Part shown: in pieces, positions 1 through 6,875 of the stretch | Numbering within the stretch: position 1 is the stretch's first letter | Layout of the letters: every line of letters begins with the position of its first letter | Assembly: GCA_034440375.1 (NCBI GenBank) | Contig: JAWXBZ010000193.1 | Coordinates: 1 to 12,128 of the forward strand | Length of the DNA: 12,128 bases | Direction of reading: 5' to 3' | Origin: Candidatus Eiseniibacteriota bacterium | Lineage (GTDB): Bacteria; Eisenbacteria; RBG-16-71-46; JABDJR01; JAWXBZ01 | Notes under the pieces: model-generated | The model's input: the letters and a program-made list of their open reading frames with translations, nothing else | Databases searched by the model: none | Told to the model about the DNA's origin: nothing | Translations under genes and position numbers: made by a program

Positions 1-1
1 C

Positions 2-937
2 CGGCACGCCGGAAAACTGGCGGCGCGCACCGATCTGGGCGATGGCGATGGTGATTCCGGCCGACTGGTGCTCTTCGATACCAATGCCGCGCGTGCCGGG
101 GACCTTGCCGACCATTTGGGCGTCCTGTCGGCCCGGAGTTACGAGGAGCTGTTGGCGGCCACCGACGCCGTCGTCATAGCCGCCCCGACCGTTGCGCACG
201 CAGAACTCGGGATCCGGGCACTCAGGGCCGGCCGGCATGTCCTCGTCGAAAAACCGATCGCCGTTACCCTGACAGAGGCCGACGCCCTTCTATCGGCTGC
301 CCGCGCCGCGTCACGGACGCTCATGGTTGGCCACATCGAGCGTTTCAATCCGGCGGTGCGCCAGCTCGAGGGGCGGCTGACGGCGCCCCGCTTCATCGAA
401 GGGCACCGACTGGCCGAGTACCAGCCGCGCAGCCTTGATATTGATGTCATCCTCGATCTCATGATCCATGACATTGATCTGGTGCTGCACCTGATCCGGG
501 AGCTCCCGTCCCGGATCGATGCGGCCGGCACGCCGGTCCTGTCTGGAAAGATCGACATTGCCAACGCGCGGCTGTCGTTTCCGGGCGGGGCGGTCGCCAA
601 CCTCACCGCCAGTCGGGTGAGCCTTACCCGAACGCGAAAAATCCGCTTCTTCATGCCGGAAACCTATGTCTCGATTGACCTGGCGGCACGGGGGGCCCAG
701 TTCTATCGGCTGAAAGGCGCCATGGGCGAACCGGTGGCCGATGCGGAGGCGTTCCTGGCCCGCCTGTCCCACGAGTCTTTCGTCGACGACGGCCGCGATC
801 AGCTCGAGGCCGAGCATTCGGCCTTTCTGGCTGCGGCGCGCGGCGAAGCGCCGAATCCGATTCCGGGGGAGGACGGCCGGGCGGCGCTGGCGGTGGCCAT
901 GGAAGTGATCGGCCGGCTGGCCGAGCGCGAGGGGTGA
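2..937 (+). CDS. Gfo/Idh/MocA-family NAD-dependent oxidoreductase, 5'-partial; GnnA-like (UDP-GlcNAc 3-dehydrogenase candidate)
   Basis: The frame is open from base 2 (RHAGKLAARTDLGDGDGDSGRLVLFD...), so the true start and the Rossmann glycine motif lie upstream of the window and the tracked start at 68 is internal. Family motifs: HVLVEKP, VGHIERFNPA, DVILDLMIHDIDL, TASRVS. The stop overlaps the lpxB start (GTGA, 934-937). Confidence 0.88.
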   Translation, partial: RHAGKLAARTDLGDGDGDSGRLVLFDTNAARAGDLADHLGVLSARSYEELLAATDAVVIAAPTVAHAELGIRALRAGRHVLVEKPIAVTLTEADALLSAARAASRTLMVGHIERFNPAVRQLEGRLTAPRFIEGHRLAEYQPRSLDIDVILDLMIHDIDLVLHLIRELPSRIDAAGTPVLSGKIDIANARLSFPGGAVANLTASRVSLTRTRKIRFFMPETYVSIDLAARGAQFYRLKGAMGEPVADAEAFLARLSHESFVDDGRDQLEAEHSAFLAAARGEAPNPIPGEDGRAALAVAMEVIGRLAEREG

Positions 938-2076
938 GCCGGCAATCCATTTTTCTGATGGCCGGCGAGGCCTCCGGCGATCGGCTGGGAGGGGCACTTG
1001 CCGAGGCGCTCGTACGGATCCGTCCGGACATCCAATTGATCGGGGTCGGCGGACCCTTCATGCGTGCCGCGGGAGTGGAGCTGATTCACGACTACGAGAA
1101 ATTCGCAGTCCTTGGGCTGACGGAAGTGATCGGTCGCCTACCGTTCTTCCTGCGCATCCTCGCCGAATTCGGCAGGCGATTTCGAAACGATCCGCCGGGC
1201 CTCTTTCTGCCCATCGATTTTCCCGATTTCAACATCCGGCTGGCGTTACGCGCCCACGAGGTCAACGTCCCCGTTCTCTGGTACGTGAGTCCGCAGGTGT
1301 GGGCCTGGCGGGCCGGCCGGGTGGCCACGCTGGCCCGCATCGTGGACCGGATGGTCGTTGTCTTTCCATTTGAAACGGCCATCTACGAGCGGGCGGGACT
1401 TCCGGTGTCGTTCGTGGGCCACCCGCTCCTGGAGCGTCTGGCCGTCACGAAGAGCCATGAGGCTGTCCGCCGTGACCTCGGCATCGCGGAAGGTGAGCAG
1501 CTCGTGGCACTTCTCCCCGGAAGTCGCCGGCAGGAGATACGTCGAATCCTGCCGCCGCTGGCCGAGGCGGGCCGGCTCCTCCTTGCCGCTGGAATTCGCG
1601 TCGTGGTGAGCCGCGCGCCCAGCATCGAGCCGGATTACTTCAATGCCGTCCCCGGGGGAGCCGGTTCCACGGGGCTTCCCATCTGGACGGGGGATACCGC
1701 CAATCTGGTCGCCGCCGCCGATCTTGCGGTCGTTGCCTCGGGCACCGCCACGCTGGAGACGGGGCTGCTCGGCACGCCGGCAATTATCGTCTACAAGATG
1801 GCGCCGCTCTCCTGGCAGCTGGCCCGGCGACTGGTCCGGGTCGATCACATCGGCCTGGTCAACATTGCCGCCGGCAAGCGGATCGCGCCGGAGTTGTTAC
1901 AGGAGCAGGTGACCGGACCCAATGTCGCGCGACTGGTCCTCGAGATGTTGAACGACCCGGATCGATTGGCCGCGATGCGCCGCGAACTGGCCGAACTCCC
2001 CGCGCGACTGGGTGGCAAGGGCGCCAGCGAGCGAACGGCTCGGCTGGCCCTGGACCTGCTGGATCGCCGTGGCTGA
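934..2076 (+). CDS. lpxB: Lipid-A-disaccharide synthase
   Basis: Motifs AGEASGD, IDFPDFN, YVSPQVWAWR, FPFE, FVGHPL, LLPGSR and ASGTATLE; 380 aa; GTG start coupled to the upstream stop. Confidence 0.97.
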   Translation: MSRQSIFLMAGEASGDRLGGALAEALVRIRPDIQLIGVGGPFMRAAGVELIHDYEKFAVLGLTEVIGRLPFFLRILAEFGRRFRNDPPGLFLPIDFPDFNIRLALRAHEVNVPVLWYVSPQVWAWRAGRVATLARIVDRMVVVFPFETAIYERAGLPVSFVGHPLLERLAVTKSHEAVRRDLGIAEGEQLVALLPGSRRQEIRRILPPLAEAGRLLLAAGIRVVVSRAPSIEPDYFNAVPGGAGSTGLPIWTGDTANLVAAADLAVVASGTATLETGLLGTPAIIVYKMAPLSWQLARRLVRVDHIGLVNIAAGKRIAPELLQEQVTGPNVARLVLEMLNDPDRLAAMRRELAELPARLGGKGASERTARLALDLLDRRG

Positions 2077-2719
2077 TCGAGCCACGATGGCGCGCCTGGC
2101 CGGCGGCGCGCTGGCCCTGCTGGATCGGACCGTGCGCGTCACGGTCGTGAATGGTGAACGGCTCGAGGACGCAGAACGGGAGGCCGGGGGATTCATCTAC
2201 GCATTCTGGCATGGACAATTGCTCCTGGCAGCACTGGTTCATGATGGTAAACCGACGGCGGCGATGATCAGCCGGCATGGAGATGGGGAACTGATTGCCG
2301 GTGTTGTGGAAGCGCGCTCGATCCGGGCGGTGCGCGGCTCGACGACCCGGGGCGGGCCTGTGGCGTTCCGCGGGATGATCGATCTGGTTCGAAGCGGCTG
2401 GACCCGCCTGGCCATCACGCCGGATGGTCCGCGGGGCCCAAGGCATGTGGTTCAACCCGGCATCGTGCGCCTGGCCGAACTGACCGGATTCGCCATCATT
2501 CCGGCCGGCCTGGCGGCCCGACCGGCGCACCGGTTTCGTTCCTGGGACGGATTCCAGGTCCCATGGCCGGGCGGCCGCGTCCGGGTGCACTACGGCCGAC
2601 CGATTCGCCTCCCGAAGGAAATCGATGACACGGCCCGTGAAGAAACACGCCGCACCGTTGAGACGACCATGCTCGAATTGACTGCCGAAGCATCCATCGC
2701 GCTGGGAGTCCGTAGTTGA
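2069..2719 (+). CDS. DUF374 / lysophospholipid acyltransferase-superfamily protein (LpxJ-like lipid A secondary acyltransferase candidate)
   Basis: Motifs IYAFWHG, MISRHGDGELIA, VRGSTTRGG, AITPDGPRGP and SWDGFQVPWP are typical of DUF374 proteins. The start is placed at GTG 2069, overlapping the end of lpxB; ATG 2087 is an alternative. The tracked start at 2012 is too deep inside lpxB. Confidence 0.88.
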   Translation: MADRATMARLAGGALALLDRTVRVTVVNGERLEDAEREAGGFIYAFWHGQLLLAALVHDGKPTAAMISRHGDGELIAGVVEARSIRAVRGSTTRGGPVAFRGMIDLVRSGWTRLAITPDGPRGPRHVVQPGIVRLAELTGFAIIPAGLAARPAHRFRSWDGFQVPWPGGRVRVHYGRPIRLPKEIDDTAREETRRTVETTMLELTAEASIALGVRS

Positions 2720-3936
2720 GTGGCCTGTATCGCCTCGCGACCGGTCTCATTGAGCCTTTGGTTCTGGGCGTGGGAGCCCTCGTCGAGCGGGCCGACGAAA
2801 AGCTCCGACGCGATCGGCGCGGTGAACTCACCTCAGCACGCGGAGGCCACTGGCTTCATGCGGCCTCAGCCGGCGAAATGCGCGGACTCATCCCACTGGT
2901 CCGAACGCGGAACGCCTCGCAGCCACTCGTCCTGACGGCCCAGACCGCCGCCGGTATGGCTACCGGCCGGGCACATCTCTCCGACCGGCCGATTCACCGG
3001 ATGCCGTTCGATCTGCCGGCGGCCATGCGGCGCGCATTCGACAGCTCAGGCGTCGCCGCTGTCATCCTGGCCGAAACCGAGCTCTGGCCAAACATGCTCG
3101 AGGAAGCCCACCGACGAGATATCCCCGTGGCGCTGGTCAACGCCCGCATCTCGAATCGGAGCTGGTCGCGTTACCGCGCCAGCCGTTCCTTCTGGCGGAA
3201 GCGGCTTGACCGCCTGCGGGTCGTCGCCGCCCAGTCTGAAGTAGACGCCGAACGATTTCGTGAACTGGGCGTTCCTGTCGAAGCCCTCGCCGTGACCGGA
3301 AACATGAAGCACGACCATCAGCATGAGGCCGTCATCCCGGCGAGTCACCCGTGGGGCAGCGCCCCGATCGTCGTCCTGGGAAGCGTGCGCAAAGGCGAAG
3401 AGAGGGCACTCGCCATCGCCATGAAGGCACTCCAGGCGACCGTGCCCGATCTGAAGGTGGTCGTGGGGCCCCGCCACCGGAAGGCGGATGACATGGTGGA
3501 AGCGGCCTTCCGGAGCGCCGGATTTTCAATATCACGCCGCAGTCGTGGCGGCCCGGACACCGCTCATTCCGTCCTCCTCCTTGACACGATGGGGGAGTTG
3601 AACAGTTTCTACAGCGTCGCCCGCGTCGCCTTTGTCGGCGGCACCTGGCAAAACTACGGCGGTCACAACGTGGCGGAGCCGGCCCTGGTCGGAATCCCCG
3701 TCATCTTCGGCCCGTACACCGACAATTGCCGGCTCGAGGCCGATGCGCTCGTGGGCAGCGGCGCCGGCCGCCGGGCCGCGACTATGGAGGGGCTCCTAAC
3801 GGCCTTCATCGAGGAAATTGAACTCAAGCGAGGTCGCGGCGCCGACCGCTGTCGACAGGCTCTGGTAACGCTGAGTGGGGCCACCGGGCGCCTCACGCGC
3901 TTCCTGACAAAGCGTGAGTTCCCAGGATTCAGGTAA
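2716..3936 (+). CDS. waaA: 3-deoxy-D-manno-octulosonic acid (Kdo) transferase
   Basis: Motifs WLHAASAGE, MPFD, ETELWPN, VNARIS, TGNMK, LLDTMGEL and FVGGT..GGHNVAEPA..GP. The TTG start is in a TTGA overlap with the previous stop (2716-2719). Confidence 0.95.
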   Translation: MSGLYRLATGLIEPLVLGVGALVERADEKLRRDRRGELTSARGGHWLHAASAGEMRGLIPLVRTRNASQPLVLTAQTAAGMATGRAHLSDRPIHRMPFDLPAAMRRAFDSSGVAAVILAETELWPNMLEEAHRRDIPVALVNARISNRSWSRYRASRSFWRKRLDRLRVVAAQSEVDAERFRELGVPVEALAVTGNMKHDHQHEAVIPASHPWGSAPIVVLGSVRKGEERALAIAMKALQATVPDLKVVVGPRHRKADDMVEAAFRSAGFSISRRSRGGPDTAHSVLLLDTMGELNSFYSVARVAFVGGTWQNYGGHNVAEPALVGIPVIFGPYTDNCRLEADALVGSGAGRRAATMEGLLTAFIEEIELKRGRGADRCRQALVTLSGATGRLTRFLTKREFPGFR

Positions 3937-4160
3937 CGTCAGGCTGATCGCTGGTTGCGCTCTGCCCGCGATCGAACCGCCGTTGCGCATATCTGGCGGC
4001 CCGTCTCGGAAGCTGATCGAAAATGTCCCCGGTAGTGAACGTCACCGCTTTGGGCTACGATTTATCGGAGCCGTTAAACGGCATGCTCCACGGGCGGGTT
4101 ACAGACCGCGCCACCTCGTGCAGCGCGCTACATGGACCAGTCGGCCAGGAGTTGGATGAC

Positions 4161-4847
4161 TTGGACAGACTGAAGGTGGAGAAGCGGCAATACCTGACTG
4201 TTCGGGGGAGTCAACTCTCGGTAGCTGCGACGGCCGCAATCTATGTTTTCCTCGCACTCGCGTACCAACTCTCAGCCCAGGTAGTTATGACCGAGGGCTC
4301 CACGGTAGCGACACACTGGATTTCTCCCGGACCGTATGGTGACAGCATCTTCGTCGCTGCCACCTACTTCAACAAGGGAAGTGTCCGGACGGCACCAGGT
4401 CTGCGGTGGAGGTTATCGGCGATCTACAGACCCTCTTCAGGATCTCGGGCCCGCCACGATTCGCTGAAGGTAGCTCTCGACGAAGCAGGTAGGCAGGGAC
4501 TGGAAGTGCTCTTCAATGACGGTGGAGCTTACTGGTGGGAGCCGGATGGCAAAGGACATCGTCTTCCGCGGTTGCCCTACAGCCTTGTCGCGCCAAGGGA
4601 TCGTGACGGCCGGCTTCGTCCGGCATATCCGAAACAGTTCATTCGAAACGCTGGTCCGGGAGCGGCAATTTCAGACACAATCGTCTTTCACGTTCGGCCG
4701 GTGGAGTACGACCCATGGCCGGGGACTGCTGAGGTCACCTGTTACCTCGAGGCCGAAGGTTTTGGTGAGGGGGCTGCACTGCCAGTGCTTGCCGACACCC
4801 TCCGAGTGTCTGTTCCGCTTCCATTGGGCCATCGATCATCTCGCTGA
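4161..4847 (+). CDS. Hypothetical, probably Sec-exported protein (about 228 aa; start uncertain)
   Basis: This is the only long ORF filling the waaA-lpxK gap (open from ATG 4023), and it stops 10 nt before the lpxK ATG. AGGAG at 4147-4151 lies 9 nt before an in-frame TTG at 4161. The N-terminus has basic residues, then a hydrophobic stretch (LSVAATAAIYVFLALAY), then LSA|Q. No family recognised. Confidence 0.6.
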   Translation: MDRLKVEKRQYLTVRGSQLSVAATAAIYVFLALAYQLSAQVVMTEGSTVATHWISPGPYGDSIFVAATYFNKGSVRTAPGLRWRLSAIYRPSSGSRARHDSLKVALDEAGRQGLEVLFNDGGAYWWEPDGKGHRLPRLPYSLVAPRDRDGRLRPAYPKQFIRNAGPGAAISDTIVFHVRPVEYDPWPGTAEVTCYLEAEGFGEGAALPVLADTLRVSVPLPLGHRSSR

Positions 4848-4857
4848 TCGACAAACA

Positions 4858-5892
4858 ATGACACAAGACCTGCTCGATCGAGATGATCCACTTCACCGCG
4901 CCGCCGCGGCCCTTTACGGTGTTGGCGTACGCGCCCATGGCGCCTGTTGGGATTCCGGACTCGTCCGGCCGTGGATGGCCTCCGCGCCGGTTGTCTCCAT
5001 CGGCAACCTGGCGGTGGGTGGGACGGGGAAGACTCCGGCGGTCATCCGACTGGCGGGGGAACTGCGCGCGCGCGGTTGGCGGCCCGCCATTCTAACGCGC
5101 GGCCATGGGCGACGGGTGAGGGGACGCGTGGTTCTGGCACCGGGCGACGTGATTCCTGGTCCGGATGTTGCCGGTGACGAGCCGCTGGAGATCTTCACGG
5201 CCCTGCGCGACGTGCCGGTCGTGATTGCGGCGGACCGCCGGGGATCGGCCATCCTGGCCGTCGAACGCTTCGGCGTCGACCTGTTGATCCTCGACGACGG
5301 CTTTCAGCACCGGCCCCTGGCGCGAACCGTTGACATCGTACTGGTTGACGCCACGCGTCCCTTCGGGAACGGGCGATTACTTCCGGCAGGCCCGCTCCGC
5401 GAGCCGCCTCGGGCACTGCGACGGGCAAGCATGATTGTGCTGACGCGGGCGGATGTTGAGAGTGTCGAGGCGTCACGTGCCGAGGTCCACCGCGCGGCCC
5501 CACAGGCCTGGATCGGGACGGCGACGCATCATGTCGTGGGCCTTCAGTCACTCGAGGCTGGCAAGCCCGAAGTCCTGCCGCCCGACGGCCCCCTGTTCGC
5601 CGTCTGCGGCATCGCCCGGCCCGAGACCTTTCTCGCCAGCCTTCGCGCCGCGGGGCATCCGGTCAGCCGGCACCTGGCATTTCCGGATCATCATCGATTC
5701 GATTTCCGTGATCGCGACCGCGTCCACTCCGACGCGGCCGGACTGGCCATCGTCACCACCGCCAAGGATGCCGTCCGCTGGCACGACGTGCCGGGATTCA
5801 CGGGCGCCGGCTGGTGGGTGCTGGCCATTCAATTCGAACCGGCGGCGGGATTTTTCGATGAGGTCGCTCGACGGCTCGAGGCTCGGGCATAA
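4858..5892 (+). CDS. lpxK: Tetraacyldisaccharide (lipid A) 4'-kinase
   Basis: Motifs SIGNLAVGGTGKTP (P-loop), ILTRGHG, GDEP, LILDDGFQH, LLPAGPLREP, CGIARPE, FPDHH and VTTAKDAVR. ATG 4858 gives 344 aa with the usual N-terminal 'ALYG' helix. The tracked start at 4516 is an extension with no LpxK-like sequence. Confidence 0.96.
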   Translation: MTQDLLDRDDPLHRAAAALYGVGVRAHGACWDSGLVRPWMASAPVVSIGNLAVGGTGKTPAVIRLAGELRARGWRPAILTRGHGRRVRGRVVLAPGDVIPGPDVAGDEPLEIFTALRDVPVVIAADRRGSAILAVERFGVDLLILDDGFQHRPLARTVDIVLVDATRPFGNGRLLPAGPLREPPRALRRASMIVLTRADVESVEASRAEVHRAAPQAWIGTATHHVVGLQSLEAGKPEVLPPDGPLFAVCGIARPETFLASLRAAGHPVSRHLAFPDHHRFDFRDRDRVHSDAAGLAIVTTAKDAVRWHDVPGFTGAGWWVLAIQFEPAAGFFDEVARRLEARA

Positions 5893-5919
5893 AAAAGCGG
5901 CCCTCCCGAAGGAGGGCCG
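5891..5919 (-). terminator. Rho-independent terminator of the minus-strand lipoprotein gene (possibly weakly bidirectional)
   Basis: The minus strand reads CGGCCCTCC-TTCG-GGAGGGCCG-C-TTTTTT: a perfect 9-bp GC stem, a C(UUCG)G tetraloop and a U6 tract. It lies between convergent genes and touches the lpxK stop codon. Confidence 0.9.
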
Positions 5920-6009
5920 TTGGGCCGGAAATTGCGACATCCCGGGAAAGGGGGAGCGATTCTCGTTGCCGACAATCACCCGGTTTGAAACGTTATCCCG
6001 GCCCGAATC

Positions 6010-6621
6010 CTACTTGTCCTGGTAGTTCGCGATGCCGACCACAACGCCGCCGCTCAGTTGAATCTGTTCGTGGCTGGTTTCCTCTTCGCCGTAGATCGTC
6101 AGCGTTGCCGTCGTGAGGAACGAGCCCCCCGCTCGGAGCGGCAGTATCTCGTCTTCGAGCTTCCAGGCCGCTGGAATGGCCAGCACGTAACCTGTCCCTT
6201 CGCCGTTGATCGGCACGACGAGGTTCATCGGGTAATTGACGAAGTCGGTCAGGTCGTCGACGCCATTACCACCCAGATCGTTCCTTTCGAAGTCGAGCGA
6301 GTACCGGGTGAAACGAACCGTACCGAAGGCCCGGTCCGGGCGGAGTGTGAGCGCGGGGTCATGTGGGCGGCTTGTGACCACGATCTTCAGGTAGTCCTCG
6401 GGGACGAAGTCGTCGTTCGGGTCGGTCTTGTTTTGGCCGCGATCGTACACATCCGAGGCAACCGGCAGGTTGTCGTTGAGGGAGACGATCGACGTGATGG
6501 AGCGCGCTCCTTCGTCGTCGTCACCGGCGCATCCGACAAACCCGCCCACGGCCAGGGCGCATAGCGCCTTCGCCACGGTTGAAGTGATCCCCCGCTTCCA
6601 GAGCATTTCAGACCTGATCAT
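6010..6621 (-). CDS. Lipoprotein of unknown function (203 aa)
   Basis: ATG at 6621 is preceded by CAGGAGGAGAAGGA. The signal peptide MIRSEMLWKRGITSTVAKALCALAVGG is followed by the lipobox-like FVG|C (Cys31). The mature part looks beta-strand rich and the gene has its own terminator. The tracked extension to 7302 runs through the promoter region and antisense to nadB. Confidence 0.85.
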   Translation of the reverse strand: MIRSEMLWKRGITSTVAKALCALAVGGFVGCAGDDDEGARSITSIVSLNDNLPVASDVYDRGQNKTDPNDDFVPEDYLKIVVTSRPHDPALTLRPDRAFGTVRFTRYSLDFERNDLGGNGVDDLTDFVNYPMNLVVPINGEGTGYVLAIPAAWKLEDEILPLRAGGSFLTTATLTIYGEEETSHEQIQLSGGVVVGIANYQDK

Positions 6622-6626
6622 TCCTT

Positions 6627-6633
6627 CTCCTCC
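6627..6633 (-). promoter_or_regulatory. Shine-Dalgarno site of the lipoprotein gene
   Basis: The plus strand reads CTCCTCCT around 6627-6634, which is AGGAGGAG on the minus strand, a few nt before ATG 6621. Confidence 0.8.
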
Positions 6634-6715
6634 TGAAGCCGGGGCTTTTCCCTTCCCCGGGACACGGTACGGGGCCAACGGTGGAGCGGCGCTCCATCGA
6701 CCCGTCTTGTGATGC

Positions 6716-6730
6716 GCAACGATTGTGCCA
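6716..6730 (-). promoter_or_regulatory. Sigma-54 (RpoN) -24/-12 promoter for the lipoprotein gene
   Basis: The minus strand reads TGGCAC-AATCG-TTGC, matching the TGGCAC-N5-TTGC consensus with exact spacing. It is intergenic, correctly oriented and about 95 nt upstream of the ATG. Confidence 0.75.
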
Positions 6731-6819
6731 GACCGCCCACCGGTTACTTGTGGTCCTAACCCCCGTTGTGTCCGGTTCTTGCCCGGCAGCCGCTTCAAGG
6801 GTATCGACCCGTCCGGTAC

Positions 6820-6852
6820 CGCAATTGCGAGTCCGCCCGTGCAATTGGCACG
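6820..6852. promoter_or_regulatory. Tandem dyad sites, candidate transcription-factor or enhancer-binding-protein sites
   Basis: A perfect palindrome CGCAATTGCG (6820-6829) and an imperfect palindrome CGTGCAATTGGCACG (6838-6852). Their GCAATTG cores start at 6821 and 6841, 20 bp apart. Confidence 0.4.
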
Positions 6853-6875
6853 ATCGGGGACGGCTGGGCTATAGT
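6845..6875 (+). promoter_or_regulatory. Possible sigma-70-type promoter for the nadB operon
   Basis: TTGGCA (6845-6850), a 19-nt spacer, then TATAGT (6870-6875), followed by an AT-rich stretch 50-80 nt before nadB. The spacer is longer than optimal. Confidence 0.3.

Noticed and set aside
3931..4079. Possible integron attC site (TAAC at the waaA stop through GTTAAAC at 4073-4079) ahead of the orphan gene
   Set aside because: The left end does not fit RYYYAAC, the arms are not complementary beyond a few bases, the span is long for attC, there is no second site after the orphan and no integrase is present.
3914..4159. 81-aa plus-strand ORF in the waaA-orphan gap
   Set aside because: It starts inside waaA, has no SD or recognisable features, and its composition looks like non-coding translation.
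4516..4857. 114-codon N-terminal extension of LpxK in the ORF track, suggesting a fusion
   Set aside because: It overlaps the orphan ORF in another frame and has no domain-like sequence. LpxK similarity starts at ATG 4858, which gives a normal length.
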